This document shows positions 38,139 through 46,698 of a stretch of 64,000 nt of DNA, in pieces. Below the pieces are notes generated by a model, which had not been told where the DNA came from, did not search any database, and worked only from the letters and a program-made list of their open reading frames with translations. The stretch is from assembly GCA_041749335.1 (NCBI GenBank), contig JBGTBM010000010.1, forward strand, positions 221,110 to 285,109. Direction: 5' to 3'. Each line of letters begins with the position of its first letter. Positions within the stretch are counted from its first letter, which is position 1. The position numbers and the translations under genes were made by a program. This DNA comes from Patescibacteria group bacterium. GTDB lineage: Bacteria; Patescibacteriota; JABMPQ01.

Positions 38139-39632
38139 TTAAATCTGTTCAATCTTTGCTTTTAGCATCTCCCCAGCCGTTTTTGGATCAGCTTTCCCTT
38201 TGGTAGCCGCCATGACTTGGCCGATTAAAAACTGCAAGGCTTGCTTTTTCCCCGCCTGAAAATCTTTGACTGAATATGGATTGGCTATGATCACCTGCGC
38301 AATGATTTTATTTAGCTCTCCTTCATCGCTTACCTGCGCCAATCCCTGTTCATCTATTACTTGCGATGGGTCAGAGCCATGATCAAACATAATTTTTAAA
38401 ACCTTAACTGCATTTTGCGCGCTAATTTTTTTGTGTGCGATCATCGCCATCAGTTCGGCAAAATTCTCCGGAGTAATTTTACAATCAGCCAGACTAATAT
38501 TTTTTTCCTTCAAAAGCGCGAAAAGCCTGGTAATAATCCAGTTGGTCGCCAATTTGATTATTTCCTTGGCTTCGGTGGATATTTCTTTATTTTCTCCTTT
38601 TAGACTTTGAACCCATTCTTTGCTTTCCGAAATCACGGCTTCAAAATATTCCCCCACTTCCCTCTCCTGGATTAATATTTCAGCGTCATTTCCATTTATC
38701 TCAAATTGCTCCATAAATCTGTTTTTACGATCTTCCGGCAATTCCGGTAAATTTTTGAATATTTGAGCGATTTTTGCATCGCTAAATTCCAATGGAGGCA
38801 AATCCGGCTCCGGAAAATAACGGTAGTCCGCTTCACCCTCTTTGACGCGCTGCTCGATTGTTTCTCCTTTATTTTCATCCCATCCTCTAGTGGCTTGATA
38901 TAATTCGCCTCCCTCATCGAGCACGTCCGCTTGCCTGTTTTGTTCGTACGCCAAAGCTTTTTCCACCGCCTTGAAGGAATTCATGTTTTTTACTTCCGTC
39001 TTGGGTAATAACGTTTTCGCACCCTTTTCACGCAAGGAAATGTTGGCATCACAACGCAGCTGCCCTTTTTCCATATCCGCGTCTGACACTCCGATATATT
39101 TTAAAATCTTTCGCAAAGTCTGCAGGAATATTTTAGCCTCTTCGGGAGATCTAATGTCCGGTTTGGTAACAATTTCCATCAAAGGAGTACTGGCTCGATT
39201 ATAATCTACCAAACTGTAATTAGCTCCTTCCGGATGAATAAGCTTGCCCGCGTCTTCTTCCAAATGGATTCTTTCCAAACTTATTTTTCTTTTTTGTCCG
39301 CCTATTTCAATTTCTAAATACCCCGCACCGCAAAATGGCTGATCGTATTGGGAAATCTGATAGCCTTTGGGTAAATCGGGATAAAAATAATTTTTACGGT
39401 CAAACTTAGCCTGTTTATTTATCCGGCAATGCAGGGCTTGCCCCGCCATAATCGTCCATTCTACCGCCTGGCTATTGATTACCGGCAGCACCCCGGGATG
39501 GCCCATGCAAATCGGACAAATATTAATATTCGGCTCTTTAGGTTCCGCCTCATTGGGACAGGAACAAAACATCTTGCTCTTGGTTTTTAATTGGACATGG
39601 ATTTCAAGTCCAATGATGGTTTCATATTGCAT
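38139..39632 (-). CDS. gatB: Asp-tRNA(Asn)/Glu-tRNA(Gln) amidotransferase subunit B
   Basis: 497 aa; MQYETIIGLEIHVQLKTKSKMFCSCPN ... C-terminal GatB/YqeY domain. Confidence 0.95.
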   Translation of the reverse strand: MQYETIIGLEIHVQLKTKSKMFCSCPNEAEPKEPNINICPICMGHPGVLPVINSQAVEWTIMAGQALHCRINKQAKFDRKNYFYPDLPKGYQISQYDQPFCGAGYLEIEIGGQKRKISLERIHLEEDAGKLIHPEGANYSLVDYNRASTPLMEIVTKPDIRSPEEAKIFLQTLRKILKYIGVSDADMEKGQLRCDANISLREKGAKTLLPKTEVKNMNSFKAVEKALAYEQNRQADVLDEGGELYQATRGWDENKGETIEQRVKEGEADYRYFPEPDLPPLEFSDAKIAQIFKNLPELPEDRKNRFMEQFEINGNDAEILIQEREVGEYFEAVISESKEWVQSLKGENKEISTEAKEIIKLATNWIITRLFALLKEKNISLADCKITPENFAELMAMIAHKKISAQNAVKVLKIMFDHGSDPSQVIDEQGLAQVSDEGELNKIIAQVIIANPYSVKDFQAGKKQALQFLIGQVMAATKGKADPKTAGEMLKAKIEQI

Positions 39633-39721
39633 ATAAATTGAATAAAGAATTTTGAATATAGAATAAAGAATAAATTTTATATATTTACATTATTCATTAT
39701 TCATTATTCAAAATACAATAG

Positions 39722-40408
39722 CTAAATCATTGCTTGGATTGCCGCCCAAATTTTTTCATGTATTTCTTCTCGGCTCATTAACTGATCATCTTTAATACAA
39801 TCAATTTTAACCCAATTATTTTCTTTCTCAACTAAATAAAGATATGTTTCCTGGGCATTTTTCAGATGCTGGCTATCCGCTTCATGAATATCTCTTTTTT
39901 TGCCATTAATGTATTCGCGGGATTTTTTCTGATCGACTAATTTCTGCCCTATTTCCCATGGCACATGCAGATAAATATTTAAATCGGGCTTCGGCAGTCC
40001 GCAGATATTATATTCTAGGTCATACAGCCAATTTAAAAATTCATCCCGGCGCGCCTTATCTGAAATTTTTCCGCCCTGGTGTCCGGCATTAGAACTAACA
40101 TATCTGTTTGATATAACTAAATTTCCGGATTGCAGCAATTTATTTATTTCTTTTTTGGAATCAAAACGATCAAGAGCATAAAATATTGAAGCTAATTGGC
40201 CGCTTACTTCCTCGGCCGAACCATAATTTCCGTTTAGATATTGCTCGACAAAATAAGCTGACTCTTTACCATAGCGCGGATAATCCAGGGTTTTTACTTT
40301 AATATTTTCTTGCTCCAGCCTTTTTTGCAGCAATTCTGTTTGCGTAGCTTTGCCGGAACCGTCTGCCCCGTCAATTACGATAAATTTTCCTGCTGAATTT
40401 TCCTGCAT
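39722..40408 (-). CDS. tmk: thymidylate kinase
   Basis: 228 aa; P-loop FIVIDGADGSGKATQ; DRY-like lid region. Confidence 0.9.
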   Translation of the reverse strand: MQENSAGKFIVIDGADGSGKATQTELLQKRLEQENIKVKTLDYPRYGKESAYFVEQYLNGNYGSAEEVSGQLASIFYALDRFDSKKEINKLLQSGNLVISNRYVSSNAGHQGGKISDKARRDEFLNWLYDLEYNICGLPKPDLNIYLHVPWEIGQKLVDQKKSREYINGKKRDIHEADSQHLKNAQETYLYLVEKENNWVKIDCIKDDQLMSREEIHEKIWAAIQAMI

Positions 40409-40409
40409 A

Positions 40410-40922
40410 TTATTTGATTACACGATAACGCAGCTGAATGGTATTTGGATTAAGCTTTACTAAATCCAATAATTCTAAATTTATATCCAGGGTTTCAGTA
40501 AAAAGGCTCATTCCCCGCCCAAATAACTTAGGCTCAATTGTAATCAACAATTCATCAACTAAATTATTAGCCATAAAGCTTTGATTGACGCTGGCTCCTC
40601 CGCCTAAAATCACCGTTTCAAATTTTCTTTTTTCTAAAAATTCATAAATTTCCCGGGGAGAACCTTTAAAAAATTCCAAAGCGCCCGGTTTCGCAACATC
40701 TTTATAATCCTCAGGATTTTCGGCCAAAATCAAATTCAATCTGCCCGGCAAAGGCCGTCCTATGGTTTCATAAGTATTGCGGCCCATTACAATTACTCCC
40801 GCCTTTTTAGTTTCTTTAATAAAGGCCTGCTTATCTTCTTTTGATGTCCAATCGGCGGCGTGGCTGGTTGATTTAGCAATTTTTCCGTCCGCGGTGACCG
40901 CCATCATTAAAATAATTTTCAT
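40410..40922 (-). CDS. folA: dihydrofolate reductase
   Basis: [24 protein letters not shown] matches the DHFR core ([23 protein letters not shown] in E. coli). Start placed at ATG 40922 (MKIILMMAV), 4 nt after the thyA stop, rather than the longer track ORF to 40943. Confidence 0.8.
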   Translation of the reverse strand: [170 protein letters not shown]

Positions 40923-40926
40923 AAAT

Positions 40927-41799
40927 TTATATTGCGATTTCAAATTTAATCGCGGGATAGCTTTGATAATTCTTTATTTCCGTATCTTCTGCTTTCCAAT
41001 CAAAAATCGTGGTAAAATTTTTTGTCTCCGCTTGTGACAGTGGATATTTATTTACATCACGCTCCAATTGTTCTTTTAATCCATCAATATGATTTAAATA
41101 AATATGGGTATCCGCCAAAAATCCGGTCAGTGTTCCCTCTTGATATCCCGATTCTTTGGCTAATAAGTGCAATAAAGTGGCGTAGCTCGCGATATTAAAA
41201 GGCAGCCCCAAAGCAACATCTACTGACCGCTGGTTCCAGAAAAGGTTTAGCTTATTATCAACAACCGTAACTTGAAATCCATAATGGCAAGGAGGCAGCG
41301 CCATTTGATCTAAATACTGCGGGTTCCAGGCCGATACTATCATACGGCGATCAATGGGATTAGATTTCAGCCTGTCTACTATAATTTTAAGCTGATCCAC
41401 TCCCTGACCGATATAATCAGAATCATAAGAAATATATTTTGCTCCAAAGTGCCGCCACTCCCAGCCATAGATCGGGCCCAAATCCCGCTCGGCCGCCATT
41501 TTTTGCTTAGTTTCTTCGTTATGTCCGTAGGGAACTTTTTGGGGATTGCACCATTCATCCCAAATATGATTATTGCGATCTTGCAGCCACTTTTTATCAG
41601 TTAATCCCTTGATGAAAAATTCCAGCTCGGTTGCTACCAGCCGATAGGGAACTTTTTTAGTGGTAAGTAGGGGAAATCCTTCCTGCATATTATGTTGAAA
41701 TATTGTTCCCGGTATTGATATATTCCCCACCCCGGTACGGTCTTCCTTTTTCTGGCCATGATCCAAAATATCTTTAACGATTTCTAAATATTTTTTCAT
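40927..41799 (-). CDS. thyA: thymidylate synthase
   Basis: 290 aa; EDRTGVGNISIPGTIFQHNMQEGFPLLTTKKV; active-site region ALPPCHYGFQ. Confidence 0.95.
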   Translation of the reverse strand: MKKYLEIVKDILDHGQKKEDRTGVGNISIPGTIFQHNMQEGFPLLTTKKVPYRLVATELEFFIKGLTDKKWLQDRNNHIWDEWCNPQKVPYGHNEETKQKMAAERDLGPIYGWEWRHFGAKYISYDSDYIGQGVDQLKIIVDRLKSNPIDRRMIVSAWNPQYLDQMALPPCHYGFQVTVVDNKLNLFWNQRSVDVALGLPFNIASYATLLHLLAKESGYQEGTLTGFLADTHIYLNHIDGLKEQLERDVNKYPLSQAETKNFTTIFDWKAEDTEIKNYQSYPAIKFEIAI

Positions 41800-41809
41800 T
41801 TATAAAAAA

Positions 41810-42604
41810 CTATTTGATTTTATAAACCGCGTCAATCTTAACCGATACCTCTTCTTGTCCGCTGGGAATTTCGGGAATTATTTCTGCTTCACCCGACAAC
41901 TCCGCCTTATCCATAGCAGCGTAAAACGGACCGGGAATATTCACTTCAGATTCGGTGATGCTAATTACCTCTCCCAGTTCGCTGCCAGAGGCCGTCACCA
42001 AAGCCACCGCTCTCTCCTGCGCATTCTGATAAGCCAAATCCAGCGCGTCTTTTTTAAATTTTTCCATATTTTCTACCGTAAAGCCTACTCCTTGAATATT
42101 ATTTGCCCCGGCTTCGGCTGCCTTGGTAAGCACCCGGCCGACGTTTTGCAAATCGCGAATAATAACATTTATATTTTGATCCGTGCGATAGCCGATTACT
42201 TTTGATCTACCCTCGCTATAATCATATTCCGGACCGATTTGGTAATTCGTCGTCTGCAAATCTTCATCTTTTATATTTTGATTTTTTAACGCTTCAACAA
42301 TTTTATTGATTTTGGCTGAATTTTCGTCTTGGGATTTTTCGGTAGTTTCCGCGATGGTATAAGCGCCGATCGTCACTGTCGCAATATCCGGAGTAATTTT
42401 TATTTTGCCTTCCCCGCTGACGCTGACTTTCTTTTCTTTCTCCACTTCCACAATGTCCGGCTGAATCAACTCAATTCTAAAAGGCTTTAGTATCAACATG
42501 GCTGAAACCGTAACCAAAGCCGCTCCAATCACACTCAACAAAAAAATAATAATAACAGTTGCAAACACCCTTTTTTTAGGTTTGATGTTGGTTTTTTCTT
42601 CCAT
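41810..42604 (-). CDS. SIMPL-domain (DUF541, YggE-like) protein with N-terminal TM anchor
   Basis: 264 aa; VSGEGKIKITPDIATVTIGAYTIAETTEKSQDENSAKINKIVEALK...GYRTDQNINVIIRDL typical SIMPL blocks. Confidence 0.7.
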   Translation of the reverse strand: MEEKTNIKPKKRVFATVIIIFLLSVIGAALVTVSAMLILKPFRIELIQPDIVEVEKEKKVSVSGEGKIKITPDIATVTIGAYTIAETTEKSQDENSAKINKIVEALKNQNIKDEDLQTTNYQIGPEYDYSEGRSKVIGYRTDQNINVIIRDLQNVGRVLTKAAEAGANNIQGVGFTVENMEKFKKDALDLAYQNAQERAVALVTASGSELGEVISITESEVNIPGPFYAAMDKAELSGEAEIIPEIPSGQEEVSVKIDAVYKIK

Positions 42605-42619
42605 ATTATTTTAAATTAT

Positions 42620-43048
42620 TTATTTACCGGTAGATCCGAATGAGCCGGCGCCTCTGGCCGTTTTATCTAAATCGTCCACCTCTTCAATTCCCGCATTCAC
42701 AACCGGCTGGATTAAAATTTGCGCGATTTTATCGCCCTTTTTAACATTATAGCTATTTTTTGAAGTATTAAGAAGCACTATTTTATATTCACCGCGATAG
42801 CCGGCGTCTATTACCCCGCCCATAGTTTTGATGCCATAATTAGCCGCCAATCCGGATTTGTCCCAGATTAATGCCGCATAGCCCTCCGGCAATGAGATTG
42901 ATATCCCTGTTTTAAAAAGATAGCGCTCTCCCGAAGCCAAATTTTTTTCTTCCAATGAAAAAACATCAAGACCGGCATCCCCCGGATGAGCATAGGAGGG
43001 AATTATTGCGTCTTGATGTATTTTTTTAATTTTGATTTTTACTGTCAT
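42620..43048 (-). CDS. dut: dUTP diphosphatase
   Basis: 142 aa; AHPGDAGLDV; GGVIDAGYRGE; C-terminal glycine-rich motif. Confidence 0.9.
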   Translation of the reverse strand: MTVKIKIKKIHQDAIIPSYAHPGDAGLDVFSLEEKNLASGERYLFKTGISISLPEGYAALIWDKSGLAANYGIKTMGGVIDAGYRGEYKIVLLNTSKNSYNVKKGDKIAQILIQPVVNAGIEEVDDLDKTARGAGSFGSTGK

Positions 43049-43169
43049 AAAGCATCTAGTGAGAATAATTATCCACCAATAATTTCAACCGATCGTGATA
43101 ATTTAATTTTCCGTCATCATCTTTAGGTTACAGGTTACATACTGCCTGTTATCTGATCGCCCGTTCGCC

Positions 43170-43847
43170 TTATTTAATTTTAATTCCCGGCCCCATAGAA
43201 GTGCAAACGGTTATTCCTTTGATAAATTCCCCTTTGGTTTTATTGGGTTTTAATTTTTTTAGAGCATCCATTAAAGCATTAAAATTTTCTACCAATTGTT
43301 CATCGGTGTAAGATTTTTTGCCGATAGTTTGATGAATTATCCCCGCCGGATCATTTTTAAAATTAATTTTTCCCGATTGCAACTCATTTATTGCCTTAAC
43401 CGGATCGGGAGTGACAGTGCCGACTTTGGGATTTGGCATTAATCCTTTTGGTCCTAATATTCTAGCAACTTTACTTAAATGCCTCATCATTTCAGGAGTT
43501 GCGATGGCAACATCGAAATCGCATTTTTTGGTTTTATCAATCTCTTCCACCAAATCTTCCGCGCCCACTATTTCCGCACCGGCTTGTTTAGCTTTGGCTT
43601 GAATATCAGCTGGCGCAAAGACTGCGATTTTAACTTTTTTTCCGCTGCCATGTGGCAATACGGCAGAACCTTTAACGTTTTGATCAGATTTTGATACATC
43701 TATGCCCAACTTAATATGCGCTTCAACTGACGCATCAAATTTTTCAAACGATACTTCTTTCACCTTTTTCATGGCTTCCTCTACACCAAAAGATTCGTTG
43801 CCTACTTTTTTTTCCGCTTCTGTAAATTTTTTACTCTTTTTCTTCAT
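43170..43847 (-). CDS. rplA: 50S ribosomal protein L1
   Basis: 225 aa; canonical L1 sequence (FDASVEAHIKLGIDVSKSDQNVKG...). Confidence 0.95.
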   Translation of the reverse strand: MKKKSKKFTEAEKKVGNESFGVEEAMKKVKEVSFEKFDASVEAHIKLGIDVSKSDQNVKGSAVLPHGSGKKVKIAVFAPADIQAKAKQAGAEIVGAEDLVEEIDKTKKCDFDVAIATPEMMRHLSKVARILGPKGLMPNPKVGTVTPDPVKAINELQSGKINFKNDPAGIIHQTIGKKSYTDEQLVENFNALMDALKKLKPNKTKGEFIKGITVCTSMGPGIKIK

Positions 43848-43897
43848 TTTTTTTCCTGTGGTTTTAACGCTTATTGACTAAATAAGCTCCCACTTAA

Positions 43898-44458
43898 TTA
43901 TTTTTTATTCCAATTTAATATTATGGTAGATATTATCTGTGTCAGCAATAGAATTACTCCGATTGCCAAGCTTATTTGTATAAAAATCGTTATCCGGTTA
44001 AATAAAGCTCCAATGGTTAATAAATGGACATTATGCGGAAGCCATTTAATATTCTTCATGCCCTTAAGTTCAATATAATAGCTGGTTAAATGCAGCATAG
44101 CTTCAAGAAAAAGCGCGGCAATGGCAATTTCAAAGGATATTAACGAACTGAAAGCCAGTGCGACCAGCCATGACATTCTCAAGCGATCCGAAACAAAATC
44201 GTAAAATGATCCCAGCTTGGTTTCCTCTTGATACTTACGCGCTAATTTTCCATCAAAAAAATCAAAGGTCCAATCCAAACCGGCCGCCATCCCTCCCCAT
44301 AAAAGCTCGCCTTTCCAAAAAAAATAAAAGGCCACAATAGTTGATAACAAAGAAAGTAATGTGAGCCTATTTCCATTTAGCCCGATTTTGTGCAAAATTT
44401 TGAGAAAACCATCCGGAATAATCTTATCTGAAAATTTTTTATGTTCCGCCACCAACAT
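43898..44458 (-). CDS. CDP-alcohol phosphatidyltransferase family membrane protein
   Basis: 186 aa; exact family motif D-x2-DG-x2-AR-x8-G-x3-D-x3-D in FDFFDGKLARKYQEETKLGSFYDFVSD. Confidence 0.7.
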   Translation of the reverse strand: MLVAEHKKFSDKIIPDGFLKILHKIGLNGNRLTLLSLLSTIVAFYFFWKGELLWGGMAAGLDWTFDFFDGKLARKYQEETKLGSFYDFVSDRLRMSWLVALAFSSLISFEIAIAALFLEAMLHLTSYYIELKGMKNIKWLPHNVHLLTIGALFNRITIFIQISLAIGVILLLTQIISTIILNWNKK

Positions 44459-44511
44459 TTAATTTATTAGAAATAATTAGCGAATATTAAAATTATTAAA
44501 TCTCTTTTTGC

Positions 44512-44937
44512 CTAGCCCTCAACTGTTATACCCATGCTTCTAGCGGTTCCGGCAACAATTTTCATTGCAGCTTCAATATCGTTGGCATTGAGATCCTGCA
44601 TTTTTTTCTCGGCAATTTCTTTAATCTGCGCCCGTGTTACTTTGCCGACTTTTTCTTTATGCGGAATTCCTGATCCCTTTTTAATACCGGCGGCTTTTTT
44701 CAGCAGTTCGGCGGCCGGCGGAGTTTTTAAAACAAAATCAAAGGTTCGATCTTCATAAATGGTAATCTCGGCCGGAATCACATCTCCACCCATGTCTTTG
44801 GTTTTATCATTAAAAGACGTACAAAATTCTTGAATATTTAATCCATGTTGGCCCAAAGCCGGTCCGATCGGTGGAGCCGGAGTGGCTTTTCCTGCAGGAA
44901 TTTGTAATTTTACTACTGTTTTTACTTCTTTTGCCAT
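44512..44937 (-). CDS. rplK: 50S ribosomal protein L11
   Basis: 141 aa; [25 protein letters not shown]... canonical L11. Confidence 0.95.
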   Translation of the reverse strand: MAKEVKTVVKLQIPAGKATPAPPIGPALGQHGLNIQEFCTSFNDKTKDMGGDVIPAEITIYEDRTFDFVLKTPPAAELLKKAAGIKKGSGIPHKEKVGKVTRAQIKEIAEKKMQDLNANDIEAAMKIVAGTARSMGITVEG

Positions 44938-44971
44938 ATATTTTCTTAATTACTAATAAATTATTTTATTT

Positions 44972-45511
44972 CTACCAACGATTATCTTGAACTTTCAAAT
45001 AATATCCCAAATGATTCATCACAATATGCAATAATGGAAATCCTACAAGTATGGTAAGCATGACCTGTCCGGATGGTACATAAATTATTGAAACAAATAA
45101 TATGAAACCGATTATAAAATCAATCTGATCCCAGGGAATAAATCTATCACCGGGATTGACGCCTAACTGCCTTTTAATCAGGCTCTTAATGGCATCTCCG
45201 AACAGCACGCCAAATCCCATCAAAAATCCTACCAATACCGCATTGTGCTCATCAAAAGGGAACAAAGTTATTTCCCTAAAAAATTCATACCGAAGATAAA
45301 GCGCCTTTTGCAAAAGAGCAATAAGTATTGCGACCAATATCCCAAAAAAGAAGCCGCGAAATGTTTTATGGCTGCCGAATATCGGCTTGCCATTAATCGT
45401 TTTACCAAAGTCTATGGGATAATTTAAAAAATTAATTTTTTTAAAGATTACCGGCGCCATATTGGCTATGCCCCCCGGTAGAAAAAACCAAAAGGCTTTT
45501 AATAAAAACAT
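44972..45511 (-). CDS. small polytopic membrane protein, CarS/CdsA-like CTP:lipid cytidylyltransferase family (tentative)
   Basis: 179 aa, about 5 TM helices; N-terminal LPGGIANMAPV and C-terminal GDAIKSLIKRQLGVNPGDRFIPWDQIDF resemble the K(R/K)xxG...DQxD signature of CDP-archaeol synthase (DUF46) and CdsA-type cytidylyltransferases. Recalled from memory, not verified. Confidence 0.4.
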   Translation of the reverse strand: MFLLKAFWFFLPGGIANMAPVIFKKINFLNYPIDFGKTINGKPIFGSHKTFRGFFFGILVAILIALLQKALYLRYEFFREITLFPFDEHNAVLVGFLMGFGVLFGDAIKSLIKRQLGVNPGDRFIPWDQIDFIIGFILFVSIIYVPSGQVMLTILVGFPLLHIVMNHLGYYLKVQDNRW

Positions 45512-45520
45512 GGTATGGAA

Positions 45521-46066
45521 TTAAAGTTTCTTAATTTGCAAAAAGTCTAACTCTACCGGCGTTTCACGCCCAAACATATTTACCAATACTTTAATTTTTC
45601 CTTTTTCTTCATCTATGGAACTAACTTTGCCGTCAAAATCTTTAAAGGGGCCATCAATAATTTTAACCGATTCGCCTACCGCCACATCAATCTTATATTT
45701 CGGCTCTTCCACGCCCATTCTTTTTTGTAATCCGCTAATTTCTTCGCTGGAAACCGGAGTGGGAATAGTGCCGGAACCGACGAACCCGGTTACATTGGGA
45801 GTATTTCTTACCACATACCACGATTCATCCGTCACAATCATTTCCACCAAGACATAGCCCGGATAAATCTTTTCCTCCACCGTTTGCCGCTTGCCGTTTT
45901 TGATCTTGATCTTTTTTTCTTTAGGCACAATTATATTAAAAATCATATCTTCCATTCCCATAGTCTCAATGCGCTGCTTCAAATTTTCCGAAACATTTTC
46001 TTCATAACCGGAATAGGTATGTAAAACATACCAGGCTCTTTCTTTTGTTCCTACTTGCTTTGGCAT
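45521..46066 (-). CDS. nusG: transcription termination/antitermination factor NusG
   Basis: 181 aa; WYVLHTYSGYEENV NGN domain; C-terminal KOW (GESVKIIDGPFKDFDGKV). Confidence 0.9.
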   Translation of the reverse strand: MPKQVGTKERAWYVLHTYSGYEENVSENLKQRIETMGMEDMIFNIIVPKEKKIKIKNGKRQTVEEKIYPGYVLVEMIVTDESWYVVRNTPNVTGFVGSGTIPTPVSSEEISGLQKRMGVEEPKYKIDVAVGESVKIIDGPFKDFDGKVSSIDEEKGKIKVLVNMFGRETPVELDFLQIKKL

Positions 46067-46126
46067 ATTATTAGTTAAATTTCAAAATTGTTTTTTAAAA
46101 AATTGAAAATTAATTATTTATAAAAA

Positions 46127-46324
46127 TTATACTATCAATTCAAGTACCCAATTAAAGACAAAGTCAAAAACTCCCAAAAATGCAGCGACCGCCAAACTCA
46201 CGGCAACAACAATCAGGGTGTGCCTAAAAAGTTCCGCACGCGTCGGCCACACAACTTTGCCCAGCTCTATCCTGGCTTCTTTAATATAATTTACTACTTT
46301 ATTGTCAGTGATGCTGAATCCCAT
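46127..46324 (-). CDS. secE: preprotein translocase subunit SecE
   Basis: 65 aa; E(L)xKVxWP motif (ELGKVVWPTRAEL) plus a single TM helix; conserved position upstream of nusG. Confidence 0.7.
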   Translation of the reverse strand: MGFSITDNKVVNYIKEARIELGKVVWPTRAELFRHTLIVVAVSLAVAAFLGVFDFVFNWVLELIV

Positions 46325-46698
46325 AATTTTTTATATTTAAAAACAGTGGTCGGGCCACTATTTAGCCCTATTTTACTAAAACATTATAACATGTCAAGAG
46401 AAAAATGAATATTGAATTTGGAATAATATATTTTGGATTGTGAATAAAGAAAATTTTGGAATGACAAAATGAATGAAATGAATTTCGTTATCGTTATTAA
46501 AGATACAAGTAGCAAGAAACAAATAAACTTCAATTATCAATAACCATTTTATAAAATTTTTAGTAATTATTAATTGATTATTGTATCTTAAACATTTATG
46601 GGATTGCTTCGTCCCGACATAGCGTCGGGGCTCGCAATTACTGGTTTTTTATCTGATTCGTGATCTAATTCGTGTTCAATTTGTGATAAAATCATAAC

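Noticed and set aside
40410-40943. Longer folA ORF starting at 40943 (MKSQYKFMKIIL...) overlapping thyA by 17 nt
   Set aside because: The internal ATG at 40922 gives an N-terminus (MKIILMMAV) matching DHFR and lies 4 nt after the thyA stop. The longer form is not excluded.
46325-46698. tRNA-Trp upstream of secE (the common bacterial arrangement)
   Set aside because: No cloverleaf or T-loop (GGTTCGAATCC-like) sequence on either strand. The spacer is AT-rich with degenerate TTGGAAT-like repeats and the shared hairpin motif only.
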